From: Escherichia coli O127:H6 str. E2348/69
GTDB lineage: Bacteria; Pseudomonadota; Gammaproteobacteria; Enterobacterales; Enterobacteriaceae
DNA: 64,000 nucleotides
Direction: 5' to 3' (one strand)
NCBI RefSeq assembly: GCF_000026545.1
Contig: NC_011601.1
Position numbers and translations under genes: made by a program. This document shows, piece after piece, positions 20,172 through 31,597 of this stretch (its first letter is position 1; the number at the start of each line of letters is the position of its first letter). The notes below the pieces were generated by a model. That model made no database searches. It was not told the DNA's origin and saw only the letters and a program-made list of their open reading frames with translations.

Positions 20172-22253
20172 ATGAAAGGTCGCCTGTTAGATGCTGTCCC
20201 GCTCAGTTCCCTAACGGGCGTTGGCGCAGCGCTTAGTAACAAGCTGGCGAAAATCAACCTGCATACCGTACAGGATTTGCTCTTACACCTTCCTCTGCGC
20301 TACGAAGATCGCACACATCTCTACCCCATCGGTGAACTACTGCCGGGTGTTTATGCCACGGTGGAAGGCGAAGTGCTGAACTGCAATATCTCCTTCGGCA
20401 GTCGGCGGATGATGACCTGCCAGATCAGCGACGGTTCCGGCATTCTCACTATGCGCTTTTTCAACTTCAATGCGGCAATGAAAAATAGCCTGGCGACAGG
20501 CCGCCGCGTGCTGGCCTATGGCGAAGCAAAGCGCGGCAAATATGGTGCGGAGATGATCCACCCGGAATACCGCGTACAGGGCGATCTCAGCACGCCAGAG
20601 TTACAGGAAACGCTCACACCGGTTTATCCAACTACGGAAGGCGTAAAGCAGGCTACGCTGCGTAAATTAACCGACCAGGCGCTGGATCTGCTCGACACAT
20701 GCGCCATTGAAGAACTCCTGCCGCCGGAACTGTCACAAGGAATGATGACGCTACCGGAAGCGTTGCGCACTTTGCACCGCCCGCCGCCGACGCTACAGCT
20801 TAGCGATCTCGAAACCGGGCAGCATCCGGCACAACGCCGTCTGATTCTGGAAGAACTACTGGCGCACAACCTCAGCATGTTGGCGTTACGTGCCGGTGCA
20901 CAACGTTTTCATGCTCAGCCGCTGAGCGCCAATGACGCGCTGAAAAATAAACTCCTCGCCGCCTTACCGTTCAAGCCAACGGGCGCACAGGCACGCGTAG
21001 TGGCGGAGATCGAGCGCGATATGGCGCTGGATGTGCCGATGATGCGCCTGGTGCAGGGCGATGTAGGTTCCGGTAAAACGCTGGTCGCCGCCCTCGCCGC
21101 GTTGCGTGCGGTTGCCCACGGCAAACAGGTGGCCCTGATGGCACCAACCGAATTACTCGCCGAGCAGCACGCCAATAACTTCCGTAACTGGTTTGCACCA
21201 CTCGGTATCGAAGTAGGCTGGCTCGCCGGAAAACAGAAAGGTAAAGCACGACTGGCTCAGCAAGAAGCCATCGCCAGCGGTCAGGTGCAGATGATTGTTG
21301 GTACGCACGCCATTTTCCAGGAACAGGTGCAGTTTAACGGCCTGGCGCTGGTGATTATCGACGAACAGCATCGTTTTGGCGTGCATCAGCGTCTGGCGTT
21401 ATGGGAGAAAGGTCAGCAGCAGGGCTTCCATCCGCATCAGTTGATCATGACCGCCACGCCCATCCCCCGCACGCTGGCGATGACTGCGTATGCCGATCTC
21501 GATACCTCGGTGATAGATGAGCTGCCACCAGGCCGCACGCCAGTGACTACGGTCGCTATTCCTGATACCCGCCGTATCGATATCATTGACCGCGTGCGCC
21601 ACGCCTGTATGACTGAAGGGCGTCAGGCGTACTGGGTTTGTACGTTGATTGAAGAGTCGGAATTACTGGAAGCGCAGGCGGCGGAAGCGACCTGGGAAGA
21701 GTTGAAACTGGCGCTACCAGAGTTGAATGTTGGCCTGGTACACGGACGGATGAAACCCGCAGAGAAACAGGCGGTGATGACATCGTTTAAACAAGGCGAG
21801 CTACACCTGCTGGTTGCCACTACTGTCATTGAAGTCGGTGTTGATGTACCCAATGCCAGTCTGATGATTATCGAAAACCCGGAGCGTCTGGGTCTGGCGC
21901 AGTTGCACCAGTTACGTGGCCGCGTGGGCCGTGGCGCGGTGGCTTCTCACTGCGTGCTGCTCTACAAAACGCCGCTCTCCAAAACCGCGCAAATCCGCCT
22001 GCAGGTACTACGCGACAGCAACGATGGTTTTGTGATTGCACAGAAAGATCTGGAAATTCGCGGCCCTGGCGAATTGTTAGGTACACGTCAGACGGGTAAT
22101 GCTGAATTTAAAGTGGCGGATTTACTGCGCGATCAGGCGATGATCCCGGAAGTTCAGCGCCTGGCGCGACATATTCACGAACGTTACCCACAACAGGCAA
22201 AAGCCCTGATAGAACGCTGGATGCCGGAAACGGAACGTTACTCGAATGCGTAA
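20172..22253 (+). CDS. recG: ATP-dependent DNA helicase RecG (693 aa)
   Basis: MKGRLLDAVPLSSLTGVG N-terminus; Walker A GDVGSGKT; DEQH box. Confidence 0.95.
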   Translation: MKGRLLDAVPLSSLTGVGAALSNKLAKINLHTVQDLLLHLPLRYEDRTHLYPIGELLPGVYATVEGEVLNCNISFGSRRMMTCQISDGSGILTMRFFNFNAAMKNSLATGRRVLAYGEAKRGKYGAEMIHPEYRVQGDLSTPELQETLTPVYPTTEGVKQATLRKLTDQALDLLDTCAIEELLPPELSQGMMTLPEALRTLHRPPPTLQLSDLETGQHPAQRRLILEELLAHNLSMLALRAGAQRFHAQPLSANDALKNKLLAALPFKPTGAQARVVAEIERDMALDVPMMRLVQGDVGSGKTLVAALAALRAVAHGKQVALMAPTELLAEQHANNFRNWFAPLGIEVGWLAGKQKGKARLAQQEAIASGQVQMIVGTHAIFQEQVQFNGLALVIIDEQHRFGVHQRLALWEKGQQQGFHPHQLIMTATPIPRTLAMTAYADLDTSVIDELPPGRTPVTTVAIPDTRRIDIIDRVRHACMTEGRQAYWVCTLIEESELLEAQAAEATWEELKLALPELNVGLVHGRMKPAEKQAVMTSFKQGELHLLVATTVIEVGVDVPNASLMIIENPERLGLAQLHQLRGRVGRGAVASHCVLLYKTPLSKTAQIRLQVLRDSNDGFVIAQKDLEIRGPGELLGTRQTGNAEFKVADLLRDQAMIPEVQRLARHIHERYPQQAKALIERWMPETERYSNA

Positions 22254-22256
22254 AAA

Positions 22257-22278
22257 GCGGCGGTGAGAAGACCGCCGC
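22257..22278. terminator. Bidirectional hairpin terminator between convergent recG and gltS
   Basis: gcggcggt-gagaag-accgccgc stem-loop between the two stop codons. Confidence 0.6.
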
Positions 22279-22286
22279 TTCATCGG

Positions 22287-23492
22287 TTAACCGGCAAAAA
22301 TCGGCAACATCAAATACAGCTTAATCACCAGCGCATTGACGATATCGATAAAGAACGCACCGACCATCGGCACGACCAGGAACGCCATGTGCGACGGGCC
22401 AAAGCGTTCAGTGATCGCCTGCATGTTGGCGATTGCTGTTGGCGTTGCACCGAGGCCAAAACCACAGTGACCCGCAGCCAGCACTGCCGCATCGTAGTTT
22501 TTGCCCATCATGCGCCAGGTAACGAAGATGGCATACAACGCCATGAAGATGGTCTGTACCACCAGAATCGCCAGCATCGGCAACGCCAGCGAAGCCAGCT
22601 CCCACAGTTTCAGCCCCATCAGCGCCATCGCCAGGAACAACGACAGGCTTACGTTACCCAGCACGGATACCGCACGCTCAAAGACGCGGTAAAAGCCCAT
22701 CATTGACAGACCGTTGCTCAGAATCACGCCAACAAATAGTACACAGACGAAGGTCGGTAGTTCAAAAGCAGTACCAGCCAAAAGTTGCGCAACAATTTTC
22801 CCCACCGTCAGGCAGATAGCAATCAGCGCGATAGTTTCAATCAGCACCAGCGAGGTGATCATGCGGCCCACATCCGGCTTTTCGAACGCCGTCGGAACTT
22901 CCTGGTCATCCGGAATACCGTTCGGTGTGGTGGAGTGTTTCACCAGATAGCGCGCCACCGGACCGCCAATCAAGCCGCCCAGCACCAAACCGAACGTTGC
23001 ACAGGCCATCGCCACTTCTGTCGCGTTGGTGAAACCATAACGTTCAATGAACAATTTACTCCATGCAGCACCCGTACCGTGACCGCCGGAAAGCGTAATA
23101 GAACCGGCCAGCAGCCCCATCAGCGGATCAAGCCCTAACAGGCTAGCCATACCAATGCCAATGGCATTTTGCATCACCAACAGGCCAACAACCACAATCA
23201 GGAAAACCCCCACCACACGCCCACCAGCTCGCAGACTGGCAAGGTTGGCGTTCAGGCCAATGGTGGCGAAGAAAGCCAGCATCAACGGATCGCGCAGGGA
23301 CATATCAAAGTTGACTTCCCAGCCCATGCTTTTTTTCAGTATCAGCAGCGCCAGCGCCACTAATAAACCACCCGCAACAGGTTCCGGTATGGTGTATTTT
23401 TTCAAAAAGGAGACGGAATGGACCAACTTGCGCCCGAGCAGCAACGTCAGCGTTGCGGCAACAAGCGTTGCTAAAGTATCGAGATGAAACAT
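22287..23492 (-). CDS. gltS: Sodium/glutamate symporter (401 aa)
   Basis: 401-aa polytopic membrane protein with GltS-like sequence. Confidence 0.9.
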   Translation of the reverse strand: MFHLDTLATLVAATLTLLLGRKLVHSVSFLKKYTIPEPVAGGLLVALALLILKKSMGWEVNFDMSLRDPLMLAFFATIGLNANLASLRAGGRVVGVFLIVVVGLLVMQNAIGIGMASLLGLDPLMGLLAGSITLSGGHGTGAAWSKLFIERYGFTNATEVAMACATFGLVLGGLIGGPVARYLVKHSTTPNGIPDDQEVPTAFEKPDVGRMITSLVLIETIALIAICLTVGKIVAQLLAGTAFELPTFVCVLFVGVILSNGLSMMGFYRVFERAVSVLGNVSLSLFLAMALMGLKLWELASLALPMLAILVVQTIFMALYAIFVTWRMMGKNYDAAVLAAGHCGFGLGATPTAIANMQAITERFGPSHMAFLVVPMVGAFFIDIVNALVIKLYLMLPIFAG

Positions 23493-23771
23493 AGTTACTC
23501 CTTTGTGTCCGCATCACTCTTTCATACTCGTCATACTTCATCGCGCATTTGCAGTAAGGCGAAATATGACGAGTATCGAGTCATGCTTTCCTGGTTCGAA
23601 TTCTTAGCTGAAACTAGAAAAATGGCATGGATTTTAAGCAGAAAACAACTAAAAGTTATATAAAAAAGTACATTTATCTCATTTAAATATTTAGATGAGG
23701 ATGTGGCAAACGTTTGCTTTTCTCTTTCGGTCAGCTAAAATGCCCGCTTTGCTACCACGGGATTGTTTTCG

Positions 23772-25163
23772 ATGTCTGTTTCCACCCTCGAGTCAGAAAA
23801 TGCGCAACCGGTTGCGCAGACTCAAAACAGCGAACTGATTTACCGTCTTGAAGATCGTCCGCCGCTTCCTCAAACCCTGTTTGCCGCCTGTCAGCATTTG
23901 CTGGCGATGTTCGTTGCGGTGATCACGCCAGCGCTATTAATCTGCCAGGCGCTGGGTTTACCGGCACAAGACACGCAACACATTATTAGTATGTCGCTGT
24001 TTGCCTCCGGTGTGGCATCGATTATTCAAATTAAGGCCTGGGGTCCGGTTGGCTCCGGGTTGTTGTCTATTCAGGGCACCAGCTTCAACTTTGTTGCTCC
24101 GCTGATTATGGGCGGCACAGCGCTGAAGACCGGTGGTGCTGATGTTCCTACCATGATGGCAGCTTTGTTCGGCACGTTGATGCTGGCAAGTTGTACCGAG
24201 ATGGTGATCTCCCGCGTTCTGCATCTGGCGCGCCGCATTATTACGCCGCTGGTTTCTGGCGTTGTGGTGATGATTATCGGCCTGTCGCTAATTCAGGTTG
24301 GGCTGACCTCCATTGGCGGCGGTTACGCAGCCATGAGCGATAACACCTTCGGCGCACCGAAAAATCTGCTGCTGGCAGGCGTGGTCTTAGCCTTAATTAT
24401 CCTGCTTAACCGTCAACGTAACCCTTACTTACGCGTGGCCTCACTGGTGATTGCGATGGCGGCCGGATATGCGCTGGCGTGGTTTATGGGCATGTTGCCA
24501 GAAAGCAACGAACCGATGACACAAGAACTGATTATGGTGCCAACGCCGCTCTATTATGGTCTTGGCATTGAATGGAGTCTGCTGCTGCCGCTGATGCTGG
24601 TCTTTATGATCACTTCGCTGGAAACCATTGGCGATATCACGGCGACCTCTGACGTTTCCGAACAGCCAGTTTCCGGTCCGCTGTACATGAAACGTCTGAA
24701 AGGCGGCGTGCTGGCAAACGGCCTGAACTCGTTTGTCTCGGCGGTATTTAATACCTTCCCGAACTCCTGCTTCGGACAGAACAACGGGGTGATCCAGTTA
24801 ACCGGTGTTGCCAGCCGCTATGTCGGTTTTGTCGTCGCGCTGATGTTGATCGTGCTGGGTCTGTTCCCGGCAGTGAGCGGTTTTGTACAACACATTCCAG
24901 AACCGGTTCTGGGCGGCGCAACGCTTGTAATGTTTGGCACCATCGCCGCCTCCGGTGTGCGTATCGTTTCTCGTGAGCCGCTGAACCGCCGGGCGATTCT
25001 GATTATCGCGCTGTCGCTGGCGGTCGGTCTGGGCGTGTCTCAGCAGCCGCTGATTTTGCAGTTTGCTCCTGAATGGCTGAAAAACCTGCTCTCCTCCGGG
25101 ATTGCCGCGGGCGGTATTACTGCCATCGTGCTGAATCTGATTTTCCCACCAGAAAAACAGTAA
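23772..25163 (+). CDS. xanP: Xanthine permease, NCS2 family (463 aa)
   Basis: [19 protein letters not shown]-terminus; nucleobase transporter-like membrane protein. Confidence 0.9.
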
Positions 25164-25283
25164 TTCACTGGCGGCGGTAAGATAATTACCGCCGCAGTCT
25201 CACCTCTTTCACCATTCCCGCCTTGAGGATTGCGCGTAAATCGTGCATAACTCCCTTATGTGCATTTCACGGGATGGAAGACC

Positions 25284-26993
25284 ATGAAATTTATTGGGAA
25301 GCTGCTTCTCTACATTCTCATCGCTCTGTTAGTGGTGATCGCTGGCCTCTATTTTCTTCTGCAAACTCGCTGGGGAGCAGAACATATCAGCGCATGGGTT
25401 TCCGAGAATAGCGACTATCATCTGGCCTTCGGGGCGATGGATCACCGTTTTTCCGCGCCATCTCATATCGTGCTGGAGAACGTCACGTTTGGCCGTGATG
25501 GCCAGCCCGCGACCCTGGTGGCAAAAAGTGTCGACATTGCGCTAAGCAGTCGGCAACTGACCGAACCACGCCATGTCGATACCATCCTGCTGGAAAACGG
25601 GACGCTGAATCTCACCGACCAGACCGCGCCGCTACCGTTCAAAGCCGATCGTCTGCAACTGCGTGATATGGCGTTTAATAGCCCGAATAGCGAATGGAAA
25701 CTGAGCGCGCAGCGGGTAAATGGCGGCGTGGTTCCGTGGTCACCAGAAGCCGGTAAAGTGCTGGGTACGAAGGCACAGATTCAGTTTAGTGCCGGATCGC
25801 TTTCGCTCAATGATGTTCCTGCCACCAATGTACTGATTGAAGGCAGTATTGATAACGATCGCGTTACGCTGACTAACCTGGGTGCCGACATCGCCCGCGG
25901 GACATTAACCGGAAACGCGCAGCGTAACGCTGACGGCAGCTGGCAAGTGGAAAACCTGCGCATGGCGGATATCCGTCTACAAAGCGAAAAATCGCTAACC
26001 GACTTCTTTGCACCATTACGCTCTGTCCCGTCGTTGCAGATTGGTCGCCTGGAAGTCATCGACGCTCGTTTGCAAGGTCCGGACTGGGCGGTGGCCGACC
26101 TCGATCTCAGCTTGCGCAACATGACCTTCAGTAAAGATGACTGGCAGACACAGGAAGGTAAACTGTCGATGAACGCCAGCGAGTTTATTTATGGCTCGCT
26201 GCATTTATTTGATCCGATTATAAACGCGGAATTTTCCCCGCAGGGCGTAGCACTGCGCCAGTTCACCAGCCGCTGGGAAGGGGGTATGGTCAGAACGTCA
26301 GGAAACTGGCAACGCGACGGGAAAACGCTGATCCTCGATGATGCGGCAATTGCCGGACTGGAATATACCTTGCCCAAAAACTGGCAACAGTTGTGGATGG
26401 AAACGACACCCGGTTGGTTAAACAGCCTGCAACTGAAGAGATTTAGCGCCAGCCGCAATCTGATCATTGATATCGACCCTGACTTCCCGTGGCAGCTCAC
26501 CGCGCTCGATGGTTACGGTGCCAATCTGACGCTGGTTACCGATCATAAATGGGGCGTCTGGAGTGGCTCGGCGAATCTGAATGCCGCCGCCGCAACGTTT
26601 AATCGTGTTGATGTCCGTCGTCCGTCGCTGGCGCTAACTGCCAACAGCAGCACGGTGAATATCAGCGAACTGAGTGCATTTACTGAAAAAGGCATTCTGG
26701 AAGCCACCGCCAGTGTTTCACAAACGCCACAACGTCAGACCCATATCAGCCTGAATGGACGCGGTGTGCCGGTGAATATTTTGCAACATTGGGGATGGCC
26801 TGAATTACCGTTGACTGGCGACGGCAATATTCAGCTTACCGCCAGTGGCGATCTTCAGGTCAATGTCCCGCTGAAACCTACGGTTAGCGGGCAATTGCAT
26901 GCCGTGAATGCCGCAAAGCAGCAAGTGACTCAAACCATGAATGCGGGCGTAGTTTCCAGTGGTGAAGTTACGTCGACGGAGCCGGTGCAGTAA
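25284..26993 (+). CDS. yicH: AsmA-family protein YicH (569 aa)
   Basis: MKFIGKLLLYILIALLVVIAG N-terminal anchor then large periplasmic domain. Confidence 0.85.
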   Translation: MKFIGKLLLYILIALLVVIAGLYFLLQTRWGAEHISAWVSENSDYHLAFGAMDHRFSAPSHIVLENVTFGRDGQPATLVAKSVDIALSSRQLTEPRHVDTILLENGTLNLTDQTAPLPFKADRLQLRDMAFNSPNSEWKLSAQRVNGGVVPWSPEAGKVLGTKAQIQFSAGSLSLNDVPATNVLIEGSIDNDRVTLTNLGADIARGTLTGNAQRNADGSWQVENLRMADIRLQSEKSLTDFFAPLRSVPSLQIGRLEVIDARLQGPDWAVADLDLSLRNMTFSKDDWQTQEGKLSMNASEFIYGSLHLFDPIINAEFSPQGVALRQFTSRWEGGMVRTSGNWQRDGKTLILDDAAIAGLEYTLPKNWQQLWMETTPGWLNSLQLKRFSASRNLIIDIDPDFPWQLTALDGYGANLTLVTDHKWGVWSGSANLNAAAATFNRVDVRRPSLALTANSSTVNISELSAFTEKGILEATASVSQTPQRQTHISLNGRGVPVNILQHWGWPELPLTGDGNIQLTASGDLQVNVPLKPTVSGQLHAVNAAKQQVTQTMNAGVVSSGEVTSTEPVQ

Positions 26994-27036
26994 AAATAAG
27001 GACGCTAGCGGATATCAGCGCTAGCGTTCCCCGTTA

Positions 27037-27717
27037 TTAGCGCAAAATTCCATACTCACTGCACAATAACCATTTCACCGGTTCATCTTCTTCTATCGCC
27101 GGAAAACGTCCTCCCGGCTCAAGAAAATAATTATCGTGTTGGTCATCATTTACCATCGAGATTTCCCAGCCGAGAACAAACGCTTTTTCCGCCCAGAAGC
27201 GATGATACAGACGCGGCGGCAGGCAAATGCCCTGCCCCGGCTTTAGCACCAGCGTTTCACCAGGTTTCATGGTACGCCGCTGACCATCAACACTCACGGT
27301 AATGACTCGTTGATCATCACAGAGATTGGCTTCGTTGGCCCAGGCCAACTGCATGCATAAGTCTCCACCGCCCCGATTGAGGATATCTTCCATTTTGTGG
27401 GTGTGAAAATGCCAGGGAGTCTGCTGATCTTGTTGGATCTGCAACATTTTCTCAGCATACGGTTTTGGATATGCCGCCGACCCCAGCGCGCCGTTGCGCA
27501 TCGTTAGCAGTGTTAGTCCCGTTTGGTTGAAATCACCACGACCAAAATCGGTGATATCCCAACCGAGCTGTAAGTCGACCACTTCTTGCCAGTTATCCCG
27601 TTCCCGCTGCAGCCAGTCATCCACCGTAAAATAGGCGAACTCTGGCAAACAAACGCGGAAGGTCTGCGCAATGGCATGTGCTTTATCAATAACATAATTA
27701 ATTTGTGAACGTTTCAT
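27037..27717 (-). CDS. Cupin-type sugar isomerase, D-lyxose ketol-isomerase-like (226 aa)
   Basis: Last gene of the PTS operon; resembles D-lyxose isomerase family proteins as I recall them; start set at MKRSQINY. Confidence 0.65.
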   Translation of the reverse strand: MKRSQINYVIDKAHAIAQTFRVCLPEFAYFTVDDWLQRERDNWQEVVDLQLGWDITDFGRGDFNQTGLTLLTMRNGALGSAAYPKPYAEKMLQIQQDQQTPWHFHTHKMEDILNRGGGDLCMQLAWANEANLCDDQRVITVSVDGQRRTMKPGETLVLKPGQGICLPPRLYHRFWAEKAFVLGWEISMVNDDQHDNYFLEPGGRFPAIEEDEPVKWLLCSEYGILR

Positions 27718-28630
27718 TGGCTTCTCCGTTGCGCATAGCAAGCCAGGCAGCGCCACGCATTCCGCTACTGTCGCCGTGCTGTGCTTTTACAATGGGAGTG
27801 GTGAATTGATCGGTGAAAACCAGTGGAGCGACTTCTGCGTTCAGATCGGTGATAAGCAGTTCCACATTCGAAAGCCCGCCGCCGATCACAATCACGCCAG
27901 GGTCAACAACGTTAACGATGGTTGCCAGCGTGCGGGCAAGCTGTTGGCGAAAACGTGCCACCTGCTGCATGGCACAAGCATCACCACGTTGTGCCAGGGT
28001 GACAATCGCCGCAGGAGTGAGCAAGTTACCAGTCATCTGTTGATAGCGTTCACTAAAACCGCTGCCGGAAACAAACGACTCCACGCAGTTGTGTTTGCCG
28101 CAATAGCAACTGACTGATGGACCATCTTCCTGCTCCGTATAGCCTGGCAACGTGATATGACCGCATTCGGCAGCATTTCCCCAGGCCCCTATAAACGGTC
28201 GTTGCTTGATGGCAATGCCACCGCCGCAGCCCGTACCAAGCGTAATACCAAATACCACGTCATAATCTTGCCCGGCACCGTCGCAAGCTTCTGATAGCGC
28301 GAAACAGTTACCATCATTGGCTATCACCACCGGTTGCCCAAGCAATTGCTGCAAATCAGCCTGTAACGCATGACCGTTAATCACCTGAATATTCGCGTTT
28401 TTAATCAGGCCAGTGAGTGGCGAGATACTGCCGGGTAAGGCGATCCCTGTCAGCATCGGTCGTTGAACGTCCCGCCTAATCTGCTCGATAAGCGCCACAA
28501 CGCATGAGACAAATTGTTGATATGTCGACTTTTGCGTCGGGCAGCGGTAACGGCGAATCTCCCAGCCATGCGCATCCATGACAACGGCGGCGATTTTGGT
28601 CCCACCAATATCCAACCCCAGATAGTGCAT
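27698..28630 (-). CDS. ROK-family sugar kinase (310 aa)
   Basis: MHYLGLDIGGTKIAAVV ATP-binding motif and cysteine/histidine-rich ROK signature region. Confidence 0.75.
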   Translation of the reverse strand: MHYLGLDIGGTKIAAVVMDAHGWEIRRYRCPTQKSTYQQFVSCVVALIEQIRRDVQRPMLTGIALPGSISPLTGLIKNANIQVINGHALQADLQQLLGQPVVIANDGNCFALSEACDGAGQDYDVVFGITLGTGCGGGIAIKQRPFIGAWGNAAECGHITLPGYTEQEDGPSVSCYCGKHNCVESFVSGSGFSERYQQMTGNLLTPAAIVTLAQRGDACAMQQVARFRQQLARTLATIVNVVDPGVIVIGGGLSNVELLITDLNAEVAPLVFTDQFTTPIVKAQHGDSSGMRGAAWLAMRNGEANETFTN

Positions 28631-28677
28631 ATCTCGTTCCTTGTTGCGTAAAAGGCGGGTCACCCCGCCCTTCTGGC

Positions 28678-29538
28678 TTAGTACAGTGATGCTTTACCGA
28701 ACGAACCGAACAGTTTCATTTTGTGGCGAATGACTTCCCGCGCCGCGTTAATCGCATCCGGATAGATGACGTTCGGGTCCCACCAGCTCTCTTTAGCGAG
28801 AATTTCACGCACTTTCTGGAAATAGGCGTATTTCATATCGCTGGAGATATTGATTTTGCCGACGCCGAGCGTAACTGATTCAGCAATCTCCGCGTCCGGG
28901 TTTGCCGAACCACCGTGTAGTACCAGCGGAATATCAATACGTCCGGCAATGTCGCGCAAAATGTCCATTTGCAGCTTCGGCTGCATCCCTTTAGGATAGA
29001 TGCCATGCGCTGTACCAATCGCCACAGCCAGTGTGTCAGCACCTGTACGAGCAATAAAATCGGCGGCCTGCGCCGGATCTGTGTAGGTCACTTGTGAAAC
29101 ACCACCTTCTACCGACGTTCCTGTTTGTCCGATGGTTCCCAGTTCACCCTCAACCGACACGCCAACCGCGTGAGCGAGGCGAACCACTTCTGCGGTCAGC
29201 GCCACGTTTTCTTCATACGGCAGCAGCGAACCGTCGATCATTACTGAGGTAAATCCGCAGCGAATCGCACGCAAAACATGCTCTACAGAGGCACCATGAT
29301 CGAGGTGCAGTACAAACGGGACCGGACTACGCTGGGTAATTTCGCGAACGTGAGCGAAAAAGGCATCGCCCACAAAATCATGTTCGCTGGGATGGATGGC
29401 AATAATCGCCGGAGTATTTGTCGCTTCTGCTTCATCCACGACTGCGCGAAGGAAACAGTTATCCGCCACATTAAATGCGCCAATGGCAAAGCCGTGCTGG
29501 CGGGTAGGTTGCAGTAATTCTTTCATCGAAACTAACAT
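28678..29538 (-). CDS. Class II ketose-bisphosphate aldolase (tagatose/fructose-1,6-bisphosphate aldolase family), 286 aa
   Basis: HLDHGAS and LVLHGGSANP motifs typical of class II aldolases. Confidence 0.8.
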   Translation of the reverse strand: MLVSMKELLQPTRQHGFAIGAFNVADNCFLRAVVDEAEATNTPAIIAIHPSEHDFVGDAFFAHVREITQRSPVPFVLHLDHGASVEHVLRAIRCGFTSVMIDGSLLPYEENVALTAEVVRLAHAVGVSVEGELGTIGQTGTSVEGGVSQVTYTDPAQAADFIARTGADTLAVAIGTAHGIYPKGMQPKLQMDILRDIAGRIDIPLVLHGGSANPDAEIAESVTLGVGKINISSDMKYAYFQKVREILAKESWWDPNVIYPDAINAAREVIRHKMKLFGSFGKASLY

Positions 29539-29618
29539 GTTAAATCTCCAGTTTCAGCGTGTAGTCCGCCCTGCCGGTGCGTTATTGCACTGGCATAAAG
29601 GCCATGACAGAAAATGAA

Positions 29619-30470
29619 TCAGGCTTTGCCAATAGCGCCGCTCGCCTGTAAATACGGTGTAATCGCTTCTTCGAAGGCCAGTTCCATAGCTTTCAGCGCG
29701 TCCACCAGTTCAATGGATATATCGTGACAGAGGGTATGCAGGAGCGCGGATTTCCCCCGTTCAAAAATGGCCGCCCCCACGTTGATTTTTGCTACCCCCA
29801 GAGTCGTACAGAGCTGGAGCTGATCGAACGGCGTACCGCTACCGCCATGTAATGCCAGAGGCACGCTCGAGCAGTGGAAAATCTCCGCCAGACGCTGAAA
29901 ATCAATAGCAGGTACAACACCAGGCGCGTACATGCCGTGCGCCGTGCCTACCGAGACGGCCAGTAGATCAATGCCTGTCTGCGCGATAAACGGTTCCACA
30001 TCAGTGGGTTGCGTCATCAGGTCTGCATTGGCGGCCTGGTCGTAACGCGGCGCATCTGCCAGATGGCCCAGTTCGCCTTCCACGCAGAGCTGCGCGCTGG
30101 CGGCGAGTTCCACCACCGCCCTGGTCTGGCGCACGTTTTCCTCCAGGGGAAAAGCAGAAGCATCAATCATTAATCCGCTGAAACCAGCACGAAACGCCTG
30201 ACGAATACAGTCCGGATTTTTGCCATGATCAAGCGCCAGAGTGACCGGTACTGAGGCAGATTCCGCGAGCGTTTTAACCACTGCCGCCGCGACGGGTGCA
30301 GGAAAATGCGCCAGATGCCCCTGATAGAGATTGAGAATGATCGGAGCGCGATTCTTCTCCGCCACGCGGATAGCTGCGTGAGCACTTTCCAGATTCATAC
30401 AGTTGATCGCCAGCAAGGCGTAATGTTCATGCCAGGCTTTCATCACCATACTTTTCATATCGGCAAACAT
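29619..30470 (-). CDS. Second class II ketose-bisphosphate aldolase paralogue (283 aa)
   Basis: ALDHGKN and LALHGGSGTP motifs; tandem to the first aldolase. Confidence 0.75.
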   Translation of the reverse strand: MFADMKSMVMKAWHEHYALLAINCMNLESAHAAIRVAEKNRAPIILNLYQGHLAHFPAPVAAAVVKTLAESASVPVTLALDHGKNPDCIRQAFRAGFSGLMIDASAFPLEENVRQTRAVVELAASAQLCVEGELGHLADAPRYDQAANADLMTQPTDVEPFIAQTGIDLLAVSVGTAHGMYAPGVVPAIDFQRLAEIFHCSSVPLALHGGSGTPFDQLQLCTTLGVAKINVGAAIFERGKSALLHTLCHDISIELVDALKAMELAFEEAITPYLQASGAIGKA

Positions 30471-30481
30471 AGGGCCTCCGG

Positions 30482-31573
30482 TTATTCGAGGGTGAAAGTG
30501 ATCTCTTCATCTTTCAGCTTTTGATCGCTCAGTTCGTCAAACTCTTCGTCGCGTTCCGTTACCGGTTTCTTCCAGAGTGAAAGCATCACGCCACAAATCA
30601 CCGTGCCTATACCCAGCGCCAGGCAAAACAGCAGAGGATGGGTGAACAGAGGCACAACAAACATGCCGCCATGCGGAACCGGACTCTCCACGCCCCACAC
30701 CATGATTAAGCCGCCCGCGACCGCCGATGCCACCACACAAGATCCCACTACTCGCAGCAGGTCACGCGCGGCGATCGGAATGACTCCTTCAGTGATCATG
30801 CAGATCCCCATCGGAAACGCGGCTTTCAGCGCCTCGCGCTCCGCACGGGTGTATTTATGGCGTGTCAGTAAGAACGAAAGTGTGATGCCAAACGGAGGGA
30901 TGATTGAGCCGACAAATTTCACGGCTTCTGGTCCGTAGACGCCACTGACCAGCAAGCCATCGGAAAACAGCGACATGGTTTTGTTGACCGGACCACCGAA
31001 ATCGAAGGTTGCCATCGCGCCAAGTATGGCCCCCATCAGGAAGCGCGATCCGCCCTGCATCGACTCGAGCAAATGAATCAGTGCTTCTTGTAACCAGGCG
31101 ATGGGTTTACCAATCAGCGTCATCATTAACAGCCCACCGATAATGGTGCTTAATACCGGCAACACCATGATTGGCATGAGTCCTTGCATCGACTGCGGCA
31201 GGCGGATATAGCGTTTAAGTAGCAAAATGGTGTAGCCCACCAGGAAACCACCCAACATACCGCCAATAAATCCGGTATGGATTTGCCCGCAGAGAAAGCC
31301 GACAATCAGGCCTGGGGCAAATCCGGGACGATCGGCAATAGAATAGGCAATTGCCGCGCTAATCAGCGGCACAATCAGCCCCATTCCCCAGCCGCCAATC
31401 TGATTAAGCATCCACGGGATTGTTCCTGTTTTTTCACCAACATCTGTACCGCCAAGAACTTGCCCCAACGCAATACATATCCCGGCGGCCACAATAAGGG
31501 GTATCATCCACGAGATGCCGGTTAATAAATGTTTTTTAATTTCCTGTGAAACCGGAATTTTATTGTCTTTCAT
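30482..31573 (-). CDS. PTS fructose-family EIIC permease (363 aa)
   Basis: Polytopic membrane protein with fructose-type IIC sequence. Confidence 0.85.
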   Translation of the reverse strand: MKDNKIPVSQEIKKHLLTGISWMIPLIVAAGICIALGQVLGGTDVGEKTGTIPWMLNQIGGWGMGLIVPLISAAIAYSIADRPGFAPGLIVGFLCGQIHTGFIGGMLGGFLVGYTILLLKRYIRLPQSMQGLMPIMVLPVLSTIIGGLLMMTLIGKPIAWLQEALIHLLESMQGGSRFLMGAILGAMATFDFGGPVNKTMSLFSDGLLVSGVYGPEAVKFVGSIIPPFGITLSFLLTRHKYTRAEREALKAAFPMGICMITEGVIPIAARDLLRVVGSCVVASAVAGGLIMVWGVESPVPHGGMFVVPLFTHPLLFCLALGIGTVICGVMLSLWKKPVTERDEEFDELSDQKLKDEEITFTLE

Positions 31574-31597
31574 ATTAAGATCCCTCCAGTATAAGGA

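Noticed and set aside
25171-25195. Hairpin ggcggcggtaa-gat-aattaccgccgc after xanP as a rho-independent terminator
   Set aside because: Good stem but no following T-run; could be a REP-like or weak terminator, so not annotated as a feature.
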